From positions 100,750,001-100,814,000 of the forward strand of contig JBITNC010000001.1 of assembly GCA_050084985.1 (NCBI GenBank): 64,000 nucleotides of DNA. Direction: 5' to 3'. The number at the start of each line of letters is the position of its first letter. Position 1 is the stretch's first letter. Below the pieces are notes generated by a model. It made no database searches. It was not told the DNA's origin and saw only the letters and a list, made by a program, of their open reading frames with translations. Origin of the DNA: Nageia nagi (Eukaryota > Plantae > Pinophyta). A program made the position numbers and the translations under genes. Of this stretch, positions 50,827 to 62,249 are shown piece after piece.

Positions 50827-52028
50827 TGAGTGGAGCTTACAACAAGATTCCTACCTAATGGTTTTGAGGTTCAAGTTGTAGAATTGGGCCCACCATTGGC
50901 CTAATTGTTATTTTGGATTAGTTTAGTTTATTTTAATAAAAAAATTTATTTTCTAGCTAGATATTTTTAATAATATTTTATTCCCAAACTCGTGAAGGAT
51001 GAAGATTTGCTCCCATGAGTTTGGAAGAAACTTTGTAATGCCATGTGGCATATTTCTATTGGACCTCATCTCACTTCTTGAAAATTACACTTAGTGTTAG
51101 GGCAACACTTAGGGTCGCCAAGAAAATTATATATAGCCCATTTGGGTTTATTTGTATAGGATTAGACATTTTGCAAATTGGGCTACTTACACAATATTTT
51201 CAAACTTGCAAGTTTCCTTATTTTGTAATTGTGATATAATTTCAAATAATTAACGTGAGCATATTTTCATTTGGAACTATGAATGTGAATGTGTGTTACA
51301 TCTTTATGCTATCTTGAGTGTTTGGAGCATTTTGTAAATCTTGTTAAGGTGGACCAAAGAGTGCCCAAAAATCTTTTGAAATATTTCAAGTGGTGTATGG
51401 TTGTGACATTTTATAGTTTGCACATTGGATTAGTATGTTTTACGGTGACTCATATATGTCGTTTAATATAGGAACTTCACTCCTCATTTGAGTTCTACCC
51501 ACATCACATCTTTTCTTTCTATTACCTCTGCACCAAGCTTCCATTGTTAGGACACTCATGTTGTTGCCTTCTAAGTCGGATTCGGAGTGCGTGGAACCTA
51601 GGCCAAACTGTACGAGTCTAGTCTTAGAAACTTGTACTAGTCAATGAGATTATTGCCCTTCAAGCTAAATTCATATATCATTATCTTCTCACAACATCTT
51701 TTCTTTATTTTTTTTATTTCTTTTGAGTGGCTTTCGTAACAAATCTTTTCCTTTTTCCCTTTTTCTCAATAAAAAACTATTTTTGGATCAGGGACCCTTC
51801 GAGTCCTTGGTTAACAAATGTTATTTGAGTTGGTAATAGCTTTAACCAACTTCATCGAATCACCTGAGTGATCCCTTGCACCCTTCACTTTCAAACCTTT
51901 GGAGTAAATAGTCCTCATAGAGGGTAAGGGTCACGCCCTATCACTCAAGTGTTGAAATCTTTCCATAGGCCTTGTAATTGCATTTGCCACTCAACAAGGG
52001 TAGGAAAGAAGAAGCCCCCAACATAACT

Positions 52029-52045
52029 TAGCACTAGAGGGAGGA
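52029..52045 (+). promoter_or_regulatory. primer binding site, probably tRNA-Asn (decayed)
   Basis: tagcactagagggagga versus TGGCGCTAGAAGGAGGG: 13/17, all mismatches transitions. It lies 5 bp after caaca and ~80 bp before gag. Confidence 0.72.
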
Positions 52046-52125
52046 CCTCGAATTGTTTCTTTATCTAGTAAAACTTGTTTCTCTCATCTATCTTGTTAAG
52101 TTGGGACCTCAAAAAGCTTTGTTGT

Positions 52126-55100
52126 ATGACTTGAGGTCAAACAAAAACAAAGTTCAACCAAAAGATGAAGAAAAAAGTCTCCAAAACTAGTAAAGCTCAC
52201 ATCCAAAATCTTGATGACACTCCCTCCTTGTCTACCTCATCAGACGCTTCAATCACTAGCCCCAACTTGCCAAAGAACTTGGTTCCTCTCTTGACCAATA
52301 CACAACCAAGTGTCCAAATCCAACCTATTGTGCAAATACAACCTCTACTACAACCACAAGTACAACCATAATAGGGTCCTCAACCATAAGCTAGAGCTAA
52401 CTTGCAACAAAGAAGAAGAATGGCCAATCCACCTCCTACACCTCCCTCTTGGTTGAGATCAAGTCCTATAAGTGTTCTTGGAGCTCAGAATGAAATCCTG
52501 AAGGACTACCAAAAACACTTTTAGAAGTACAACCCTAACATCCTCACATTAGCGGAAGACCACATCCAGTTGTATATTGACACGTTAACTAAACTCTATA
52601 TTGAGCATGAGAATGTTGCATGCAAAATGTTTCTATCTACTTTGGAAGGCCATCCACAAGATTGGTATCTCAAGCTCACCTCGAGGTCTATCACGTCATG
52701 GACTCAACTAGAAGAAGCATTTTTGCAAATATTTCAAGTGCCAGTTGATTCAGATGTATTATATTATCAGTTTGTAGATACAAAACAATTCCCTCATGAA
52801 CTAGTTAGAAATTTCAATGATAGGTTCCAAAATGCCTATGGAAAAGTAGTGCAACCTCATACTATTTTCTCTGTTGAAACACTATGCATGTATATACAGG
52901 CACTTGATCCCCTCACAGTAGCTTTCATAAGAAGGAAAGTAGGCATTACAACATTACAATAGGCTTATGCTTCCACAACTACCATTGAAAGGTAGCTCAC
53001 TCAAAATACTAAGGGAGAGAAAGCTACCAATCTTATGCATTTATTGGGAAATTTGAATTTGAATGTTGCAAATGTTCCTTTGCAACTTGCCATCCCAAGT
53101 CCTACATAGGCATCATTGCTAAACATCTCGATGACTTCAAATGTAGTTCAATCTAACCCCTTAGCCCTCACACATACCACACATTCTTCTCCATTTATTT
53201 CAATGCCCAATAAATCGACATCATCCACTTCATTGTCACTCGCTCCATTCAACGCTAACCTTATCACATAGCTCATCACTCACTTGTCACAACCTTCCCA
53301 TCCTAATCCTGCACACAATCCTTTAGGGTAAGGAGAGCTTAATGTCCTAAAACAATTCTTGGGTTTACAACAAAAGACACAAAAGATCCCAAGCCGCTCA
53401 AGAAGGATCAAGAGTTTGTTAAGAGGGAACAAGATATTGCTAGGTGAGAAAGGGAGTTGGCAAAGAGGGAAAAAGATCAAAATGATTTTAAGACACTCCT
53501 AACTAAAATGGTGGAAACTAATATAGGGTAAAACAATGCAGGGTTCAATCAAAGCCTGCACCCAATAATGATTGCCTGCATAATCCAAACTTTTAGAGAG
53601 AAAATAGACCCTAGAACATTGGTCCCAATAATGACACATGTATAGTACCCAACCCTATAGCAAGAGACCCAAGGCCCTCTCAGATAAACATCATTGATTT
53701 GACACAAATTGCGTTAGCCACTTGGTGTAGGATTCACAACACTACTCATGCAGAGGCCACTTGCATAGAGTTCGCTTGTGCCATCAATATGCTTCAACAA
53801 GAAATGAACAACTGGGAGCTCACTCAACTAGGTGAATACATAGTGACACTTTGATGTTTGAGGTCTATACAACTACTAAAGATGAAATACAAGAAGAGAT
53901 ACTAAAAACTATCAAAACTATCTCTCAGCCTATTTTTGCTACCCAAGAGAATCTGAGGAGATTTAACTTTTCATTCAAGATAAGGGAACGAGAGCCATTG
54001 ACGAAACCCAATCCCCTTAATGATCTCTAGGTACCTCCAGATCAAGTGTCTTCAAATAATCCCCCTCCACTTGGTCCAATTGTGCAACCAACCATTCTTC
54101 AATAACAACTAACATCCAGTATTCCTAGACCCCAACAGGCTCAACCACTACAAGGGAGTCCCCTTCATCAAGGGCAGGCAGGGAATACTAGTAAGAAGTA
54201 GACTCAAGCTAGGGAGGAGCTGGGTGAGAACTCCTTTGATATCATTGAGACTCTCAAGCATACTAAAGTTAGTGTGAAATTAATGGATTTGTTGGAATAT
54301 TAAGAGCCCCGCGAGCAAGTCATTAATCACCTCAAATCTAAGCGAACACAAAAGAAAGAATAGAGAAAAGTTCTAGAATGATAAGTGCAATTGGCTTCCC
54401 TACCAGTTGTTGAAAACCCTGCAACTGCTTAGGTCCAAATGGCATTAAAGAGGGCAAAAACACATATGCCTAGAAGAACTATTCCTCCTTTCTTAATCAC
54501 ATTGAGGGTGGCTAGGAAGAACCTACATAACTACATGATGGATTATGGTGTAGGAGCAAACACTATGCCATGGGAGGTGTGTAAGGCATTGAACTTGCCT
54601 ATTGCAAATAGCCCTGATGGTATGACCCAACTAGATGACACACTAGTGAAAGTTGTTAGAATGATTCATAACTTCCCCATCTAGATTGCATCTAAACCAA
54701 GAATTAAGAGAGACATAGATGTACAAGTGGTTTAGATACCACCCAAGTATGGGATGTTACTTAGCGGAGATTGGTCAAAGACTTTGAATGGATTTTAGTC
54801 CACATGTTTCAAGTATCTATGGCTACTGTGGAGAGGCTTGCAAAATGAAATCAAGGTATAAGGAGAGCCATACCTCAGAGACCTCATTATCAAGTATAAC
54901 AACATCAATCAAGTAGAATAAGATTTGGGCATTTATTGTCTTGAAGTTAATAAACTATATCCTACTATCAATCTTGTTCCATCCCCATGTCCTACTCTGG
55001 CTAGTGCTAAATCTAGAAAACCAAAATCTAAATGCTGGATTCTGAGATTTGATGGATCCAAATCTAAAATGGGTGTAATTAGAGTCGAATTGCAAAATCC

Positions 55101-57350
55101 AAAGGGTAAGAAATATCAAGATTCTTTTAGACTCAAATTTTGTTGTACATGCAACTTAGCAGAGTATGAAGCTTTAGTCCAAGGCATGAGGATGGCACTA
55201 GTGAAAGGTGTTGAAAACTTGCTAGTGATGGGAGACACAAAGCTTATGGTCTGATAGATTAAAGGCCAATACGAGTGTAAATATGACTACCTTTCTTAGT
55301 ACAGAGCACACGCATTAAGCCTTATTGAATATTTCAAGGCCTTCAATATCAAATTAATGCCTAGAAAATAGAATGTTGTGGCAGACTCTTTAGCAGTGGT
55401 GGCTAGTATTTTTCAACCTTTGGAGAACAAGCAGCTAAAAATATTCACCATGTAGATGTTGTACTCACCCTCCATGCCAAATAACATTAGGGAAATTCAA
55501 ATTTTTGATGATGACAAACAAATTGAGAATTTCATGGCTAGTAAAAGAGTTTTTACCTCTTAGCATATAGAAGTCAAACATACCAACAAAGATGGTCACC
55601 CAGAAGATGAAAATGATGAGTATGTGGATGTTATCCTCCACATTGATCTTGAGAGATTTTTTGATCAAGATGTTATACAAGAGAATAGATCAAAGGAACA
55701 TATTGATGTTGAAGAGATGAAGAAAATAAATTTGGGGATAGATCAAGATCATCTATACATACTCATCGATAAATCTTGCTAAGGTAAGCTTAGAGAAGAA
55801 ATTATTAAGGCTTGCCAAGAATACATTAACGTGATTTCCTAGACTTATGAACATCTCAAAACTTATAATCCAAGGATAATCACTCATACCATACCTTTGA
55901 AGCTGGGAGCCAAACCCTTCAAGAAAAAACAAAAGGTGTTGAACCCTTTACTAGAACCCATGGTATTCCAATAAGTCCAAAAGCTAGTTGAGTTGGGAAT
56001 TATTTTCTCGGTTAGACATTCCACCTGGGTCACCAACATTGTTCATGCATAGAAGAAGTCTAGAGAGATAAGGGTGTGCATAGACTTCTGACATCTTAAT
56101 CAAGCCTTTGAGAAGGACAATTATCCACTTCCATCACTTGATGAAGTCCTTCAGTTGGTGAATGGTGCCCAGATGATGTCCTTATTAGAGGGGTAATCTA
56201 GCTACAACCAAGTTTTGGTGGACAACAGGGATAGGTTGAAAATCACCTTCACCACCAAGTGGGGAACATTCGCATACAACCGTATGCCATTTGGATTAAT
56301 AAACACCGATGCCACATTCCAGAGGCCATGGAATTTGCATTCAAGGGAATGGTAAGCAAGAATATTATCATTTATATGGATGACTTGATTGTATATTCCA
56401 AAGATTTGAATGACCATTCATAGCATTTGAGGAAAATCTTCCAAAGGTGCTGAGAATTTGGAATATCCCTGAACCCTAAGAAATGCATATTCAGGGTCAC
56501 CAAGGGGAGATTGTTGGGTCATACTATCTTAGAGAAGAGAATTTTTATTGACCCTGAGAGGGTAATAGCCATATAAAAGATTCCTTATCCATCCACTTTA
56601 AAAGAACTCAGATCCTTCATGGGAAAGATTAACTTTGTCTGTAAGTTCATCTCAGTGTATGATGAGATTATGAAACTCCTGATGAAGAAAGATGCCAAGA
56701 TAAAATGGAAAAATGAAGTAAAGAAAGCCTTTCATGATATAAAGGAGGCTATCACCAAAGCACTAGTCCTCACCAACTTGGATTATAAGAAAACCTTGTA
56801 TCTCTATTCTTTTACCTTGAAGCATTCAGTGGCAGGGGTGTTGAATCAAAAGGATGATGAGGAGAAAGAGAAGCCTATCACATTCATGAGTGTGCCATTA
56901 AAGGATGCTGCTCTCAATTATCCCATTTTGGATAGGCAGGCATACACCCTGGTTCGAGCTGTGAAGAAGTTCTGCCACTATATCTTACGAAGTCCTATAA
57001 TTATTGTAGTCCCGAACCTGACTATCAAGAATTTGCTTTCATAGCAAGAGTTAAGGATTCAAAGGGGTAATTGGGTTTCTACTTTGCAGGAGTTCAATTT
57101 GACCATCCAGCCAATGAAAATTGTAAGAGGTCAAGGACTCTCTCAAACCTTGGCATCTTTTCAAGATGAAAAGAAATCTGAGTTTTCAAAAAATAACACT
57201 TGTTTAGTTTCAAGTATTTTGCAAATTTCTACTCCACCTCAGTCTTGGTATACTCAGGTTGTACAATACATTACCTTGGAAAAATATCCTCCCAAATTTG
57301 TCTTAGCCTAGAAGAGAGCTTTGAGGTATAGGGCATCCAAATTCATAATC
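52126..57350 (+). pseudogene. Tat gag-pol remnant: gag (~52126-53800), protease (~54480-54800), archaeal-type RNase H (~55030-55410), RT (~55840-56620), RNase H (~56760-57150)
   Basis: EHENVACKMFLSTLEG..QDWY..SITSWTQLEEAFL; WCRIHNTTHAEATC; PPFLITL..LHNYMMDYG; WILRFDGS..NLAEYEALVQG..GDTKLMV; RMPFGLIN; IYMDDL; SFMGKINF; YPILDRQAYTLVRAVKKF. Confidence 0.92.
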
Positions 57351-58289
57351 AATGTTGAAAATAAGAAAATTAATCAAATACTTTTTTTTATTAGATTGGG
57401 GGAATTGGTTAGTTCCTTACACTTTTAGATGCCTCTTCATGGGTTTGAATCATGCTTCTCACTTCCACTATAACCTCTAGTGACATCGAGTAAACTATTT
57501 ATGTGTTTGAGAGAGATGGTATTGATACCGTGAGCCCGCAAAACCTAAACCCAAGTCTCCACACCCAAATTGGATGTATCCACTAATAAGCCAAGCCCCT
57601 TGGGCTAAATCAATCAAATACTTGTCCATTAAACATACTTGATTAAAAAGGCTAGTAGCTCAATGGTAAAGTCACTATTCAGATGGATTTGGGTTTATTT
57701 TTTGTCCAACAACTTCCTGTATTATAAGTGTAAAGAACATACAGAAATAAATAAAAACCAAAAGCATATCTGAAAAAACTTAAAATATAGTATGATTAGT
57801 AAAATTAAAATGTAGGTTTGAATCTCTCACCACCTTATGATAGTACATAAGCATAAGTAACATCCACTATAAGGTTGCAACCTATGGTGACACACTTGTG
57901 ATAAATACATGTGAAAAAAGGGACCTAGAGCCCACTTCAATAACTAAGGGTCCCATACTAGGAAAAAATGATTGTGACAAATTGAAAGAACTAGCTTTGT
58001 ACTTGCAATAATTGAGAATAATCCATAACCTATAAAATTATCATGGGTAAGTTTTGTTATTTATGATAGATCATAAAACACTAATAGAAATATATAGGGA
58101 TATGTGGCAATGTATTCCTCCCTCTTGAATAACTATTCTAGATGTTTTTGACATATGAGAATGGGGGAATGTGCTCGAAAACATCTCCCAACTTTTCCCG
58201 ATTTGGGGAAAACTTGGGATAAGTCCTCGATATGTCTCCTCTCCCTTCTCAAATGTTCCCAAAATGTCTTAGAAATTAGGAACATCTAG

Positions 58290-58490
58290 GGAGCAACTAG
58301 ATGCTCTCGAGAATATTTGGGGAACAATCAGATGCTCTCGAGAGCAGCTGGGGAGCTACTAACTGCTCCTTGATTGCTCTCAAGAGTAGTCGAGGAGCTA
58401 GTAATCACTCCTTGATCACTCTCGAGAGCAACTAGGGAGCTGTTAGCTACTCGTTGATTGCTCTTAGGAGCCTCTAGCTACTCCTTGTAG
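58290..58490. repeat. degenerate ~40-bp subterminal repeats with palindromic gctctcgagagc core
   Basis: Repeated gctctcgagag / ctccttgat(t/c) / gggagct motifs. Confidence 0.75.
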
Positions 58491-58548
58491 GGATGGGTGG
58501 TCGAAAAGCCAAAAAAATACTCTTCAATTAAAAAAAAGACATGGGGTT

Positions 58549-59046
58549 TGAGAGAAATGAACTATAACATGAACAACTCTAAACTACCAAGATCACATGA
58601 AAGCTCACAATACACATCTAACAAACTCACAAAGCAATTTCACAAAGATAACACAAGATTTAAGTGGTTCCTCTAACTAGGAGTACATCCACTAACTAGA
58701 TCTCTCTTCTTAACAAATATGAACTCTTACAATCCTCATACACTTTTATTCTAAATAGTATCCTATAACATAACTTTACTCCACAAATTAGTGTATAATT
58801 CAAAGAGGGAGCCTTCTATTTATAGCTCAAAATCCCTCTTTGGATCACCCTTTTACCTAATGTACAAAAGCATGACATGCACATCCTTTTACCCAAGGGG
58901 CATGCTCATGAAATGAAGTGTAGGACAAGTTACATTATCATATTCACTTAAATACTTAAGGTATCAAATGATACCCTTAAGTATTAGTGAACTTACATAG
59001 AATATTATTACAAAACCTTTACAATAACACATTATACATTCCAATA
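58549..59046 (-). mobile_element. copia solo LTR (~500 bp family) inside the hAT element
   Basis: Full-length homology to 3519-4017 and 50327-50826; no PBS or PPT adjacent; TSD weak (gggtt/gagtg). Confidence 0.9.
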
Positions 59047-59195
59047 GAGTGGGTTCTACACATGTCCCCACCCCTCTAAACCCTAAACTAACAAATATAT
59101 GTCCCCTAATTGCAAAACATACTCATTTCATTTGTGTGCAGCCTTGAGAAGAAAAGAAGGAGGAGAAAACAACAATGAGTGAGAAGGAGTCAAGA

Positions 59196-59480
59196 TACAA
59201 TTTCTCCATCTATGGCTTCATCCATAGCGTGAGGAGGAACATGCTTACCCTTAAGAGAGTAGAGAAGCTAATAGTAATGTCTAGCTATCTTCACCTTAGA
59301 GAGAAAGTTAAGCCTGCGTAAAAGGCTAGTCCAATTTCACGATAGGATTTTAATCCTATGAAGGCAACTAATCTTGAAGTTGATGATGATGTGTATGGGT
59401 TGGTAGGATTGCTGTTGGAAGATGTCCATTTGGATGATGAGAGTAGCTCACTAGATAGACTTGCTGATGAAAAATATTAT
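59196..59480 (+). pseudogene. hAT transposase C-terminal dimerisation-domain fragment
   Basis: NFSIYGFIHSVRRNMLTLKRVEKLIVMSSYLHL matches the pattern NWS.Y.FIHS.KRN.L...RAEKLV.V..NL.L and is followed by an acidic tail. Confidence 0.8.
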
Positions 59481-60401
59481 ATTGATTACAATCGTGATTT
59501 ATTAGTAGCACATGAGCCCTTAGAGCCATAGTTTGATAGTTCATTTTGGTATTTTGCAGCTTGCTACTATGTACTAGACTGATTCATATTTTTGATTTAA
59601 TGATATTATGGTGTTATGATCATTGATTATGACTCATTTTGATATTATGTTTCAATGTTTCATATGATTGAATTGATAATATTATAATAATAATGAATTC
59701 GAAATAATCACATTTAAAAAATCTAAAAATTTCAAGATATTTTACTAGTATTACACTAGCTGCTCCTATTGCCATTTTTGGGGCACTCCCTAAAATTGAC
59801 CTCAATCATTCCCATTCTTGGGAATGCATTCCTACTGCTCCCTCGATCCCTCATTTTTGACACACATTGAAACCTTGGAAATATATTATCTCTTCTTTCA
59901 AAATGCATATTCACATCCATTTAAGTGTTAAAACATGTAAACAAACAATGACATTTTACATGGGAAAGAATAATAAAGAATTTACACAGGACTTAAAATC
60001 AACTTTTAAAATCTAGGGAATAATATTCCATATAGGAAATAAAATAGGGTTGGTGGTGGTTGGCATCCTCTATTGAACATTATGAGAATCCCTACAAGAC
60101 ATCCATTTTATTGTTTGTTTAAGTTAATCATGCTAGTTCCTAGAGGTGATTCTAACTTTTTACATGTTTTTCTTATTACTTGGGTAAATTCTCACTCTCA
60201 GATGATTTGGCTTCTCAAAAATCCCATCATAGATATTTTTTGGTGTTGTAGAGGTAGGTATAAAATTCATACCTCTATCTGAACATCACTAAGTGTGTCA
60301 TAATGTTGCAAGATGTTCTTCGTTCACCTTTAGTTTCATTTGGTTGCCTAGTTCATTGTATAAGAATCATATGCCATGATTGAGTGTGGTATCACATTTT
60401 C

Positions 60402-60870
60402 ATAGGAATAACTTTATAAAACAATTAGGAGTCCAAAAACTATGATATAATAAAAGATAAGAAAATTTTCCCCTTATTTGCTTCCCTTACTTTGAGTCAA
60501 GTAGCAAGTAACCTTGTCAAACCTAGACAAAGTCAAGAGTTTTTTGTTTGACTCATTAGTCACAAGTCACAAAATGAAAATCCCATGAGTTGGATGTTTT
60601 AGTGTTTAATATCCAAACTAATAAGAATATTATGGCAAGATTGATTTTGTTATCACTCTTTTGTAGGAATAACTCTAAAAAATGATTAGGAGTTTGAACA
60701 CTATGCTATAATAAAAAGTAACAAAAGTTTCCCCTTATATGTTACTCTTACTTTGAGTCAAGTCACAAGTAACCTTTTCAAACCCAAACAAAGTTTGTCT
60801 AGATAAAGTCAAGAGCTTTTTGTTTGACTCATTAGTTATAAGTCACAAAATGATAAACCCATGAATTTGA
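60402..60870. repeat. direct duplication of ~195-205 bp (period ~261 bp)
   Basis: taggaataact...actttgagtcaagt...tgtttgactcattagt...cccatga at ~60403 and ~60664. Confidence 0.85.
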
Positions 60871-62249
60871 CTTGGGTATTCATGATTCATGGGTTGTAAG
60901 GATTAGTGGCTCTTTAGTGAGCCATTAAAGAGTCTATTTTGCTATATCGCTTTCTATTCAGGTGAAGAGTTTGAAGAATTTATTATTACTGGTAAGCATA
61001 ATAATAGAACCTCTGAGTTTGGTGAGTGTTTATGATTGACCTTAATAAGATGGTCAGATAATGATTGCTTTTGACTTGCTAGTTTTGATGTTTGCTTATT
61101 TTTTTCTGTATTTGTTCTCAAGTTGTGAGTTTTTGCCAAGTCTATTTTTGAACATATTTAATTTAATGATTTATATTCATTCAAGTTTTTTATTTATTTG
61201 AGTTTAACTATTGTGCTTGCAAGTACATGGAGAATCCTATTACACCACTCTTCTCATTTTTAAGCTTCCAAATTTGCTATAATTGTAGCTCTATTGTGCT
61301 TCTTTATAACTATGATAGTTTACAACATTATTCATGTTTTAAAATTCCTCTTGATATGATTTGCATGTTTCATGTCTACATATGGCATGTAATTACCTCA
61401 AATGGTTCAAAATAGATACCCAAGTTTGACCCAAGATACTATCGGTGACCATCTCTGTCCAATTAGATTTGCAATAGCCATGAAAGTTTTTGACATGCTT
61501 TACAATGTCCTTGCATGTGTAGTTACACTCCAAGGCTATTTCATATGCTTCTAGTAGATAATGTTGATCTCCACCATCCTCCACTATACCCCATAGAGGC
61601 TGAAAAAAAAAACTCTAGGAAGTATCAAAGAAAAATCATGGAGCCACAAAGCTAGCATTGTAGTATTTGTTAGACAAACCAAAAATTTCTAGATTAACTT
61701 CCTTGACGACAACTATAACTTTTTACTATTATGTTAATAAAACACCCTATGAAATTGTTCCATAAATCCCATTTGAATTATATTTAAAGATCCATAAAAA
61801 GAACAATGTAATAAGAAATACATACATCTTCTAGTCAAGCAGTATTGCCAATAGATATGAACTAAACAACATGCTCATGAATGTGTTTACTTGCAACATG
61901 TTCTCATAGCTTCTACTTATCACATGGTAATTGTAATTTAGATGTAGTCACCACATTACAATAAATTATGTGACTTCCTAGGAAGATTAGGTGTTACAAT
62001 AATGATGATGCTAATCATCTTTATAATAAGATTCATAAAACAAAGCACATATTCTATACCATTTATGATAAGATGAGCCAAATGTTCAGTATGTGTCAAA
62101 GAACCATAACAATTGGATGTATAATAATAATAACATGAAATGAAGGTGAACCAAAAGTTACTCCATCGGTGTGCATTCTGGGACATTTGTATAAGATGCC
62201 CATAATCTTTATGATAAGAATTATCAAATGAGAACATCTGATATATTGT

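Larger units (their letters stand above)
39698..50904 (+). pseudogene. decayed ~1,090-codon extra ORF of unknown function (39698-42892 joined to 50832-50904), split by a copia insertion
   Basis: Chain of plus-strand ORF fragments (40193, 40388, 41430, 42242, 42705). The frame resumes after the insertion: EMLHG|VELTTRFLPNGFEVQVVELGPPLA*. Confidence 0.75.
38159..57350 (+). mobile_element. Ty3/gypsy Tat-type LTR retrotransposon, 3'-truncated, with nested copia
   Basis: Putative LTR tgttg(38159)...caaca(52023), PBS at 52029, then gag-PROT-aRH-RT-RH. The sequence breaks off before integrase; no 3' LTR found. Confidence 0.8.
58095..59877 (+). mobile_element. internally deleted hAT DNA transposon
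   Basis: 8-bp TSD GAAATATA (58087-58094 and 59878-59885), ends TAGGG.../...CCTTG, subterminal repeats, and a transposase C-terminal fragment. Confidence 0.75.
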
